Shown: positions 1 through 9,856 of the stretch, piece by piece
Position numbering within the stretch: position 1 is the stretch's first letter
Layout: every line of letters begins with the position of its first letter
NCBI GenBank assembly: GCA_963829055.1
Contig: CAWHHI010000017.1
Span: forward strand, 160,001 to 224,000
DNA length: 64,000 nt
From: an uncultured Gemmatimonadaceae bacterium
Lineage (GTDB): Bacteria; Gemmatimonadota; Gemmatimonadetes; Gemmatimonadales; Gemmatimonadaceae
Direction of reading: 5' to 3'
Program-made: the position numbers and the translations under genes
The notes under the pieces: model-generated
What the model saw: only the letters and a program-made list of their open reading frames with translations
Told to the model about the DNA's origin: nothing
The model's database searches: none

Positions 1-631
1 TGAGCCGCGCGACGTCGATCGGGATCTGGCCGACTGCCTGACAGGCATCGACGATGTACGGCACACCCGCCGCCTCGCACACGGCGCCAATGGCCTCGAC
101 GTCCTGCACGAGACCGGAGTTCGTCGGAATCCACGTCACGGCCACGACGCGGGGACGACGACGCGCGACGATCTCGCGGACCGATTGCGGATCCACACCG
201 CCTTCGGGCAGGTCATCGGCGTACGCGATCTCGACGCCGAGTCGGGCAGAGAGCGCGAGGTACTGGATCTGGTTCGACGTGTAGTCGCAGTGCGTCGTGA
301 CGATCACGTCGCCGGGCGCGAAGTCGAATGAGCTGAGCGCCTGGATGAACCCCGCGGTCGCGTTCGCAACCACGGCGATGTTCTCCGCCTTCGCCCCGAC
401 GATCTCCGCCAACGCGTCGTATCCGCCGGCGATCTCGTTGGCGCGGGTGTCGGCCGCCTCGTATCCACCGATCTCGGACTCGAGTGTCACGTGCTCCGTG
501 ATCGCGTCGATGACCGGCTGCGGCATCAGCGCCGCGCCCGCGTTGTTCAGGTGATTGCGATGCGCGCAGCCGGGCGTATCGGCGCGCCAGGCAGCGAGTT
601 GGTCGGTGGTCGAGAGAGTCGATACGGACAT
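1..631 (-). CDS. Class V PLP-dependent aminotransferase / cysteine desulfurase-like (C-S lyase), 3' end runs off the window
   Basis: Manual translation from ATG 631 (not in ORF track): MSVSTLSTTDQLAAWRADTPG..HLNNAGAALMP..IAVVANATAG..PGDVIVTT..DYTSN..TNSGLVQDV..YIVDACQAVGQIPID, typical class V motifs. Confidence 0.85.
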   Translation of the reverse strand, partial: MSVSTLSTTDQLAAWRADTPGCAHRNHLNNAGAALMPQPVIDAITEHVTLESEIGGYEAADTRANEIAGGYDALAEIVGAKAENIAVVANATAGFIQALSSFDFAPGDVIVTTHCDYTSNQIQYLALSARLGVEIAYADDLPEGGVDPQSVREIVARRRPRVVAVTWIPTNSGLVQDVEAIGAVCEAAGVPYIVDACQAVGQIPIDVARL

Positions 632-775
632 GTGCGAGTACAGGGAGGGTTGATTGCCAATGTAGTCGGCCGCGGACCGACTGTCGGCTGCCAGGGTTGG
701 GCCGCCGCCATCGCGTTTCATCCCATGTTCGTTGCCGCGAACCGATCAATCCATCACATTGTCGTCACACACACC

Positions 776-790
776 ATGAAGGCCGTTCAT
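776..790. promoter_or_regulatory. MetR-type LysR operator ATGAA-N5-TTCAT
   Basis: Dyad ATGAAggccgTTCAT fits the T-N11-A LysR rule and the TGAA-N5-TTCA MetR box; lies between the divergent aminotransferase and LysR genes. Confidence 0.6.
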
Positions 791-1745
791 GCATTCCGAA
801 GGCTCCGACGGACGCCCACTGCACCTCGATCTGCGGCATCTCCGACTCGTTGCCGCCATGGCCGACTCGGGAGGCCAGACCCGGGCAGCGAAGCGGCTCA
901 ACCTCACGCAGTCCGCCCTGAGTCACCAGCTTCGCGAGCTCGAATCGCGCATCGGCACGCCGTTGTTCATCCGGGCCAGCCGCCGCATGGTGCTGACGGC
1001 CGCCGGTGAGCGCGTGCTCGCGTCCGCGCGCCGGGTACTGCACGAGGTCGAGACGCTCGAGCGGGACCTCACGGAGGACGCGACGTCGGGGAGCGCCGGC
1101 GTGGTTCGCCTCGCCACCGAGTGCTACACCTGCTACCACTGGCTGCCCGGCGTCGTTACCGCGTTTCGGAAGGAGTGGCCGCGTGTCGACGTCCGTATCA
1201 TCGCCGAAGCGACGGCGGACCCGGTGCGGGCGCTGCTGGATGGCGCGCTCGACCTGGCGATCGTCGCCGGTGATGTCGACGAACGTCGACTCGGCTGTAC
1301 GTCCCTGTTCGAGGATGAGCAGGTGGTCGTGGTCGCGCCGGACCACCCGTTGGCCACACGACAGTTCGTGGCGCCGGAGGATCTGCGGAACGAGCATCTG
1401 ATCCTGTACACGACCCACAGTTCCGAGAACTCGGTACTTCGTGAGGTGCTGCGGCCGGCTGGCGTGGAGCCGCGCCAACTCACGCGCGTTCAGCTCACGG
1501 AGGCGATCGTCGAACTGGTGAAGGCGGGGCTGGGCGTGAGCGTCCTCGCGCGCTGGGCGATCGCGCCGCAGCTTCGTGACCGCACGCTGGTGGGCGTGCC
1601 GCTCACGGCTCGAGGCTTCCACCGCCGCTGGTGGGCGGTCACGCGCCCCCACGAGACCACGCCCGCGTTTCAGCAGAGCCTCGTCGAGCTGCTGGGCCGG
1701 CACCTTCACGGAGGACCGGCGCCGGAGCTGCAACTCAGGGCCTGA
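789..1745 (+). CDS. LysR-family transcriptional regulator, MetR-like
   Basis: HTH LRHLRLV..TRAAKRLNLTQSALSHQLRELE; LATECYTCYHWLP resembles the MetR ECHSC motif. Confidence 0.92.
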   Translation: MHSEGSDGRPLHLDLRHLRLVAAMADSGGQTRAAKRLNLTQSALSHQLRELESRIGTPLFIRASRRMVLTAAGERVLASARRVLHEVETLERDLTEDATSGSAGVVRLATECYTCYHWLPGVVTAFRKEWPRVDVRIIAEATADPVRALLDGALDLAIVAGDVDERRLGCTSLFEDEQVVVVAPDHPLATRQFVAPEDLRNEHLILYTTHSSENSVLREVLRPAGVEPRQLTRVQLTEAIVELVKAGLGVSVLARWAIAPQLRDRTLVGVPLTARGFHRRWWAVTRPHETTPAFQQSLVELLGRHLHGGPAPELQLRA

Positions 1746-1849
1746 ACGCAGCCGGCTGCAGCATGCTGCGTCGGAACCACTAGTCCCAGTACTCCGCGTG
1801 TCGTCACGTTCGTCTGTCTGGCCGATGCGTCCCTACTGACATTCACCGG

Positions 1850-2620
1850 ATGCACAGCCGCCTGATCCGGATTCTCGCCCTCGCCAGTCTCCTCGGCTGT
1901 CTCGGCGCCGATGCGCCCACCGAGACGAGTCTCCCGAGCCGCGAAGGGCGGCCCATCCTGTTCGTCGGGAACAGCCTGACGTACGTCAACGACCTGCCGT
2001 TCATCGTCGAGGCGCTCGCGGATTCGGTTCCAGGCCTAACGCCGGCCCAGCGACTCGCGCCCGCGATGACCGCGTACCCTGACTATGCGCTGCAGGATCA
2101 CTGGACCAACGGCGCCGCCGTGCGCGCCATCGACGACGGCAAGTGGGACATCGTGATCCTGCAGCAGGGATCCTCGGCCCTCGATGAGAGCCGCGTGCTC
2201 CTGCGCGAGTGGACGAAGAAGTTCGACGCGAAGATCAAAGCCGCCGGCGCGCGTACGGCCATGTACGCAGTCTGGCCACTCGCGACGCGCCAGTTCGACT
2301 TCGATCGGGTGAACGAGTCGTACACGCTCGCCGCCGCGGACGTGAACGGGATGCTGTTCCCGGTCGGCGAGGCCTGGCGTGCGGCGTGGCGGATCGACCC
2401 GAACCTGGCGCTCTATGCCGCCGACGGCCTGCATCCGAGCGTCCGCGGCTCGTACGTCGCGGGGCTCGTCATCACGTCGATGCTGCTCGACCGTTCGCCC
2501 GTCGGCATGCCCGCAAAATTGACGATCCGCACGGGCGCAACGATCACGATTCCCCCGGCCGAGGCCGCGACCCTCCAACGGGCCGCGGCGGAGGCGATCG
2601 AGAAGTTCGGAAAGCGTTAG
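1850..2620 (+). CDS. Secreted/lipoprotein SGNH-hydrolase-fold protein
   Basis: Signal with lipobox-like LLGC; block I ILFVGNSLT; C-terminal DGLHPS. Confidence 0.8.
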   Translation: MHSRLIRILALASLLGCLGADAPTETSLPSREGRPILFVGNSLTYVNDLPFIVEALADSVPGLTPAQRLAPAMTAYPDYALQDHWTNGAAVRAIDDGKWDIVILQQGSSALDESRVLLREWTKKFDAKIKAAGARTAMYAVWPLATRQFDFDRVNESYTLAAADVNGMLFPVGEAWRAAWRIDPNLALYAADGLHPSVRGSYVAGLVITSMLLDRSPVGMPAKLTIRTGATITIPPAEAATLQRAAAEAIEKFGKR

Positions 2621-2642
2621 GCGCCGAGTCGAGGAATCGTTG

Positions 2643-2782
2643 TGTCATTCCGAGCGGAGGCCGAAGGCCGCGGGTGCCCTCTGGGCGCATCGAGGACTCC
2701 TTGGCGTCGCGGTAGAAGCCCTCTGCCGCTGCAGGCCGAGGATTCTCGACTCCGCGCCTTCGGCGCTCCGCTCGGAATGACA
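2643..2782. repeat. REP-like palindromic element, family A (TGTCATTCCGAGCG...CGCTCGGAATGACA)
   Basis: Terminal inverted arms TGTCATTCCGAGCGGAG / CTCCGCTCGGAATGACA; related copies at 14.35, 17.5, 30.2, 40.3, 43.0 and 57.6-58.1 kb. Confidence 0.85.
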
Positions 2783-2985
2783 ACAGCTCACGCTCGCACT
2801 AGTAGATGTACACGCGCGTGCCGACGGGCATCATGTAGGAAAGCATTCACCGTGCCGCTGTTTCCGGGAGGAGCGATTGCCAGAATAGCGAGAAAATGGT
2901 TGAGTTTGGGAGCCGCCGGAATCGGTCATGCCGCCTAACGCAGCAGCGTCGCGCGGCCCCAACCCCAATCTGAAACGATGCGACA

Positions 2986-3019
2986 CGGCCTCGACATTTT
3001 CACCAAAATGTCGAGGCCG
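2986..3019. terminator. Perfect 15-bp inverted repeat, possible terminator or operator between convergent genes
   Basis: CGGCCTCGACATTTT-cacc-AAAATGTCGAGGCCG. Confidence 0.45.
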
Positions 3020-3060
3020 CCTAACGCGCCGTTCGGTCGGCAGAAATCAGCATCGGAAAG

Positions 3061-4296
3061 TCAATGCGACGTAGCGGCTTCCGTCTTCCAGAAGTCGATG
3101 CCGCCGGCCTGCTGGCCGACGTCGACGGACGCGACCTTCGTAGCGCGCGCAAGATCGATGATGTCGACGGTGCCGGGCTCCGACCCGATGCCTTCGACGG
3201 TGACGAACGCGTATCGATCGTCCGGCGAAATGGCGACGCCGCTCGCGACCTTTCGCGTTGTCGGAAGCACGCGCGACTTCCTTCCCCGTCGCGAGATCGA
3301 CGATCGATACGGACTGACCACGCTTGTTGGTGCCGACGAGCAGCTTGCCGTCGTGCGTCGACGGCGAGGTTGTAGACGCCCGGCGCCCATGGGAATACGC
3401 CGCGTCATGCGTCCAACTCGCCGCGTCGATCTCGACGATGTCACTCGCTCTTGTTGCAGGCGACGAAGATCTTCGAGCCGTCCGCCGACGGCTGCGCCCA
3501 CGTCGGCGAGCAGGAGACGTCGCCGGGCTTCGGCGGCGTCCATGCCGTGTCCGCTCATGTCGTCGCCTCCCGCGCCGCCATGCCCCGCTCCAGCGAGAGC
3601 GCCGCTCTCGCCATGCTCGTTTCCCTTCGTGAGCATGAAGTGCCGTGACACGACCATGAGTGCGCGCGTCGATCTCGACGAGCGCGTCGTTCATCATGCA
3701 GGCCGAGTAGTGCTTGGTGCCCTGCGGATTGAGTCGCGAGCCGTGCGGCATGATGCACGTCGTTATGCGCGCGATCTTCCGACCATGTCGTCGACGTACA
3801 CGACCGACACGGACGACGGCACCATGTCGCCGTGCAGGTTGAAGTTCACGACGTACACGTACGAGCCCATCGGGCGACACCTGCAGCGTCGCCGGAAAGC
3901 TGCCGAGCGTGCACCGGCCTTGCAGCGAATCGCCGACCGTCGAGTACTTCCACAGCTCGCCGTTCGGAAAGCCGTGCGCGGTGGAGACGTAGTAGTACGC
4001 TTGTCCGGCGACACTCCGATGCCGTGCGGTCCGACGAGCTCCGTGGGATTGCGTGCCGATTTCGAGACTCGTGATCGACCGTCGCGCCGGCGGGCCCGAA
4101 CCTAACGAGCGAAATGCGATCGTTGCCCTCGCTGGCGACGAAGACGCAGGTAGTCGACGGCAGGGGCGTGGGTGCTGGGGCGGTCGTGCTGGTGCGGCTG
4201 GCGTGACGCTGGGTGACTGCGGCTGGCTGCTGCGCACCCAGCGTCACCCAGCGACAAGCACAGATCACCCAGCCACCAGCTTGCGTCGTCAGTCAT
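3061..4296 (-). CDS. YVTN/YncE-type beta-propeller protein, multiply frameshifted
   Basis: Fragments in different frames: VFVASEGNDRISLV, YYYVSTAHGFPNG, YVYVVNFNLHGDMVPSSVSVV, TTCIMPHGSRLNP, GVAISPDDRYAFVTVEG; start approximate. Confidence 0.75.
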
Positions 4297-6324
4297 GGGA
4301 CGACCGGTCCTTCTTGGGATTCACGCGAATGACCCACAGCCCGTTGTTGAAATCGTTGACGTAGGCGAGGCCATCTTTCGGATTCACGACCACGCCCCAC
4401 TTGAACGCCGCGTTCTTCTGTTGCCGTTCATGTCCGCGGTGTTGAGCGATCGCGATCTCACGACCCTGCGACAGGAGATCGCCCTGCAGCTCGCCCGAGA
4501 TGTCGAACACGTGGAAACCGGCGTCGTACGCGCCGATGTAGAGCGTGTCCTGCACCGCCCACACGTTGTGCACGCCGCCCATCTCGGGCGTGTACCACGC
4601 GACCGACCTTCGGATGCTCGATGTCGCTCACGTCGATCGACCTGCAGCGTGCCGTACATCCGGCTCGCCGACGCGTCCTTCGCGCCTTCGACGGTGCCGT
4701 TGCGATAGACCTCGTCGGCGATGAAGACGTAGTTGCCCGCCGCGCTGACGCCACGCCGTGTGCGTGCCGCGCGTGAACCCGGTATTCGACACCGCTTCGA
4801 CTTCGCGATACAGCGAGTCGAGGTCGTACTTGCATCTGCGACACGATCACCGGCTTGTCGGGACGTCCGCCCTCACTTGCCGTTGCCGATGTCGAGGATC
4901 ACGAGGCCGTCGTTCCAGTAGCACGCGTACATCAGACCGTCGACGATGTCGAGGTCGTGAACATACCGCGCGGCATCGGGGCGGTCTCGTCTTGAAGCTC
5001 GTCGTACCTGCTTCGGCTTCGCGGGATCGGTGATGTCGATCGAGTGGATCGTGCCCGTGCCGTCGTTCGTGAGAAACACGAACTTGCCGAATTTCGGATT
5101 CTCGTAGATGTAGATCGAGTGCACGCCGCCGTGACGCCGTCGGTGAAGTCGGCGATCGCTTCGGGTGCAGCGGGTCGCGCGTGTCGGCGATGACGATGCC
5201 GTTCTTGCGGTCGGCCGCGCCCTCGCGCGTGAGCACCATGTAGTTGCCGTCGGCGGTCGTCTGCATGTCGTTCACGAGCCGCGTGTTCGACTGAATGGAG
5301 TCGACGATCATCGGATTCGCCGGGTGCGTGATGTCGATCGCGTAGACGCGATCGCCGCCGCCGTGCGTGCCGAGGTAGGCGACGTTCCCGTTCGGGTGAA
5401 TCCACACCTCCGACGTCGGAAACGCCGTCATCGGCAGCCGACCGACGACGCTGACCGATCGCCGAACGTCGCGCGCGCTCGAGGTGCACGACCGTGCTCG
5501 CCTGCTTGCCGCCGAGGTTGCGCGGTGACGAGGTAGTCGCCCGGCTCGTAGGCGACGAACGCGCCGTCCGGCTCGAGCTGGCCGTCACCGGGTGAGACGA
5601 TCCACGTCGGCGTGAGGCCCGCGATGTCTCGCCCGTTCGCGTCCTTCGCCGAGACGGCGAAGCGAATGACGTCGCCCTGTCGGGCGCGTGGCTTGACCGG
5701 CGAGATCGCGACCGACGTCAGCGTCGCCGGTAGCACCTCGATCGTCTTCATCGCCTTCACGCTCCCGGCCTGCGCGGTGAGCACGGCCTGGCCGGCCCCG
5801 ACTGCCGTCAGCATCCCATCGGCGTCGATGCGCGCGACGTTAGGCGCGGCACTGGCCCAGCGAATGGCCTCGCGCGAACGATCGTTCACCTTCGTGAACG
5901 CGAGGGCGGACATTTGCAGCTGCTGCCCCGCGACCATCTTCCGCACCGGGGTGCGGATCTCCACGCGCGAGGCGGGCCCCGGTACCATGCGAAACTCGAG
6001 CGGCTGCACTTTCGGGCGCGTGCCCGGCACGACCGCGACGACATTGATCGGCATCTTGCCGACCGAGCTCGCGATGAGCGTCCCGGTGGAGTCGATGGAT
6101 CCTTCGCCCTCTCCGCCGCGTGCGACGAAGCGGATGATGGCGTTATCGATCTTCCGGCCTGCCGCATCGAGTGCCTCGGCCGAGAACTTCACGGTGTCGC
6201 CGGCGACGACCTCGAACGTCGCTGGAGTGACGACGATGCGCGCGACGGGAGATTCGGGGATGGGAGGCGCGGGCTGCTGCGCCTGAAAGGACGCAACGAG
6301 CGCGAAGGGGAGGAGAAACGACAT
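4289..6324 (-). CDS. Secreted Ig-like (Big_2) plus LVIVD-repeat propeller protein, multiply frameshifted
   Basis: Signal MSFLLPFALVASFQA; Big_2-like IRWASAAPNVARIDADGMLTAVGAGQA; LVIVD-like YVHDLDIVDGLMYACYWNDGLVILDI and VHNVWAVQDTLYIGAYDAGFHVFDI in successive frames. Confidence 0.75.
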
Positions 6325-6474
6325 GAGGGCCGTGGTGTGAGCGCGAGCGGTGGGAAGCACAGTCCAGCCTGTTGAACGTCCGTTGTTGCCTGGGCGGTGT
6401 CAATGCTCGTTTGCGATACTCTGACGCAGGGACGGACTGCTGGATCACTGCGCATCGATCGATGCGCGTTGCGT

Positions 6475-6813
6475 CATCGCGCCGGGCCGGTGAGAACTAC
6501 GATTTTGCGGATGACACGGAAAACGGCCGGATCCGGCTTTGCATCGACGCTGGCCCTCACCGGACTGCTGAACGAGATCGGGAACGGCCGCTCGGGACGC
6601 GCCGGAGCGTCCCGAGCGGCCGTTCCCAAGAAATCCGGCTCGTCGGCGCGAGGGGCTCGACCTATCGAGCAGTATCCGGCTTCTTCCGTTTCATCCGCGC
6701 CATCGTTGTTCCCACCGGCCCCGGCGCAACGAAGCCGGGAATGCAAAGCCGTGTCCGGCCGTTTCGCAGTACAGATCCGCCCAATCGCAGTCCCCACCGG
6801 CCCCGGCGCGATG
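6475..6813. repeat. About 340-bp structured MITE-like element, family B copy 1
   Basis: Imperfect ~30-bp terminal inverted repeats; perfect 21-bp central stem 6580-6627; diverged copy at 33478-33809. Confidence 0.8.
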
Positions 6814-6882
6814 GAGCCTACGCCGTTGACGGCTCCGCGCCCATCCCCTACCTCTACGGCAGCCTTCACCGCCGAACCATAC

Positions 6883-7727
6883 ATGACATCACCCATCGGG
6901 CGACGCGACTTTCTCTCCAGCCTTGGCGCCGGCATCGGCGCGATCGCAGTCTCGGGATCGAACCTCGTGAAAGTGTCGCCCCCGCAACCGATCGGCCTCC
7001 AGCTCTACACCGTCCGCGACCTCATGGACCGCGACGTCGAGTACACGCTGCGCCAGGTCGCGGACATCGGGTATCTCGAAGTGGAGTTCGCCGGGCTGTT
7101 CGGCAAGGATCCGCGGAAGGTGAGGAGCTGGCTCAAGAAGTACGGCCTGACATCGCCGTCGAGTCACATCGCGCTCGATCGACTCACGGCGAGCCTGTCG
7201 AGCGTCGTCGACGAAGTGCAGGCGTTAGGCAACGACTACGTGGTCGTCCCGTCGGTCGACGCCGCACTCACCCGCGATGCCGATGGGTGGCGCCGCGTCG
7301 CGGCAACGTTCAATCGCGTCGGCGAGTCGCTGCAGCGCGTCGGGATGCGCTTCGCGTACCACAACCACGACGCTGAATTCAAGCCGCTCCCGGGCGGTGA
7401 GATCCCCTACGATATTCTGCTCGCCGAGCACCGATCCGAGATTCGTGAAGTTCGAGATGGACCTGTACTGGATCACGAAGGGCGGCCACGATCCGCTCGC
7501 GTACTTCGCGAAGTGGCCAGGCCGATTTCCCATTCGTGCACGTGAAGGACATGGCGGGCAACGGCGGCATGACGAATGTCGGCCAGGGCCACATCGACTG
7601 GACGAAGATCTTCGCCAAACGCCGCGAGGCTGGCATCGAGCACTACCTCGTGGAGAACGACGATACGAAGTCGCCGATCGAAGACATCCGCGTGAGCTAC
7701 GCGTACATGTCGAGATTGGGACTATGA
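6883..7727 (+). CDS. TAT-exported sugar phosphate isomerase/epimerase (xylose-isomerase-like TIM barrel), frameshifted near 7430 and 7535
   Basis: GRRDFL twin-arginine motif; IGLQLYTVRD, YHNHDAEF, FEMDLYW, HVKDM, YLVEND. Confidence 0.85.
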
Positions 7728-8655
7728 CTGATCGGGAATCGGGGAATCGGGGAACGGGGAACCGGGCGCGAGCGCAATCGCGGCGCGAGTTCTCAGCAGC
7801 CGGGCGTCGCCGCCGCTGGGCGCGGTTGCCGTTTCGATTCCCGATTCCCGATTCCCCATTCCCGACGCGTTCCCCGTTCCCGGTTCCCGGTCCGCCGCTT
7901 GCCGACAGGCAGCGGCCCGTTGGTGCTACGAGAAAATCCCGATCCGTGAATTCGCGCAGGCCGCGAAGCGCATCGGACTCGCCGGTATCGACCTGCTGCA
8001 GCCCGCGGAGTGGGATGTCGTTCGCGATCAGGGGCTCGCGTGCTCGATGGGCTACCCGACCGACCGCCGCGACTTCCTCACCGTCGGGTTCAACGACCGC
8101 GCGAACCACGCGATGTTGCTGAAGGAGCTCGAGCGCACCATTCCGCTCGCGGCCGAACACAAGGTGCCTAACGTCATCGCGATGTTCGGCAATCGTGGCG
8201 GACGCACGGACGCGGCCGCGATCGCGGCCTCAGTCGAAGGGCTCTCGAAGATCAAGCCGCTGGCCGAGCAGCACTCGGTCACCGTGTGCGTCGAGCTCCT
8301 GAACAGCAAGGTCGACCACCGCGACTACCAGGGCGACCACACGGCCTTCGGCGTCGAGGTCATGAAGGGCGTCGCATCACCGCGCGTGAAGCTGCTCTAC
8401 GACATCTACCACATGCAGATCATGGAAGGCGACGTGATCCGCACGATCCGCGACAACATCGCCTACATCGGCCACTTCCACACCGGCGGCGTCCCGGGCC
8501 GTCACGAGCTCGATGGTCGCCAGGAGCTCAACTGGCGCGCGATCGCGATCGCCATCGCCGCGACGGACTATGCGGGCTTCGTCGCCCACGAGTTCATGCC
8601 CACCGGCGATCCGCTGACGTCGCTCAAGGCGGCGTATGAGGTGTTCGCGGTTTGA
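7724..8655 (+). CDS. TAT-exported hydroxypyruvate-isomerase-family TIM barrel, frameshifted in the 5' part
   Basis: ATGA overlap with the previous stop; SRREF; RWCYEK..GIDLL..CSMGY; VELLNSKVDH.DY..D, LLYDIYHMQIMEGD, HFHTGGVPGRHE. Confidence 0.85.
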
Positions 8656-8663
8656 AGGCCGGA

Positions 8664-8780
8664 GGGCGGACGCAGGAAGGCGGATGGCGGAGAACGAAGA
8701 ACCTCGGGAGGCATTCTCGCGTCGAGAAGCGTCCCGAGGTTCCTTCGTCCGCCATCCGCCTTCCGCTTTCCGCCTTCCGG
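8664..8780. repeat. Long hairpin with GGCGGA/TCCGCC heptamer-like arms between convergent genes
   Basis: GGAAGGCGGATGGCGGA..GAACCTCGGGA / TCCCGAGGTTC..TCCGCCATCCGCCTTCC. Confidence 0.65.
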
Positions 8781-9760
8781 CTATTTGACGCCGAGGTTCT
8801 TCTTCAGGAACGCGACCGTCTTCGGCCACGCGTCCTTCGCCGCCGCGAGGTTCGCCGCTTCCTCCGCCTCGTCGCGCGGCGCCGTTCGTCTTCGGATCGT
8901 TCTGCGCGCGCAGGAAGCCGTGCACCGCACCCTCGTAGTTCGTGCCGCTGTAGTTCTTCTTGAGGGCCTTCATCGCCGAGTCGAGCGCCGGCATCGCCGC
9001 CGCGATGCGCGCGTCCTTCGAGCCGTTGAGCAGCATCACCGGCTTGGTGATCTTCGCCAGAGAATCGCGATCGACGGCGCCGTGGTCATGTACGGCAATC
9101 CGTAGAACGCGACGCCGCCGGAGAAGCCGTTGATGCCGCCGTTGACCGCGTGCAGCGAACGACGGTCGAGCCTCCCCAGCAATAGCCGATCACCGCATAA
9201 CGCGGCGCCGCCGACGGCTGCGACATCGCCTAGCGCGCGACCGCCGCGATGCCCTTGTTGCGTTCGGCGGCGTTCACGCCCTCGATGATCTTCCGCGCCG
9301 AGTCACCCGACAGCTCCTCGGTGGTCGGACCGCCACGCACGCGCGACACGAGATCCGGCGCGATCGCGATGAACCCATCGGCCGCCACCTGGTCGGCGAC
9401 ACCGCGCACCCAGGTCGACAGCCCGAAGATCTCGTGCACGACCACGACCACCGGCGTCTTCGCATTCGACGTCGTCGGATACACCACCCACGCCATCAGC
9501 GAATCGCTCGAGCCGGGCTCCCACGCCACCTTCACCCACTCGGCGTGACGCGGGGTGGCCGCGAGGCGTGCGGCCGCGTTGCTGTTACTCGCCGGAAGAC
9601 CGGGCGCGCCCTGCTTACCGCTCGCCGCGCCTGCGCCCGGCGCGGCCATGTCGCTCGACGACATGTGCGCCGTGTGGTCATCGAGGGCTGGTCCCTTGTG
9701 GCAGCCGGCGACCAGACCGGCGATCGCGCAGCTTCCGAACACAACACGAAGGACGTTCAT
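8781..9760 (-). CDS. Dienelactone hydrolase family lipoprotein, frameshifted
   Basis: Lipobox VAGC; VVVVHEIFGL..AADGFIAIAPDL; IGYCWGG nucleophile at ~9170-9190; YEGAVHGFLR; stop TAG at 8781-8783. Confidence 0.85.
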
Positions 9761-9856
9761 GACACACTCCGATCGATAAAGGTGGCGCTCCAGATTCGCC
9801 GGGAAGTCTTCCGCCTGCAAGGTAGCCGTTGAACCCATACCGCTCACAGTCGCATG

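Noticed and set aside
2783..2985. Slightly AT-richer intergenic stretch as a possible small gene or att site
   Set aside because: No convincing ORF, RBS or direct-repeat partner found.
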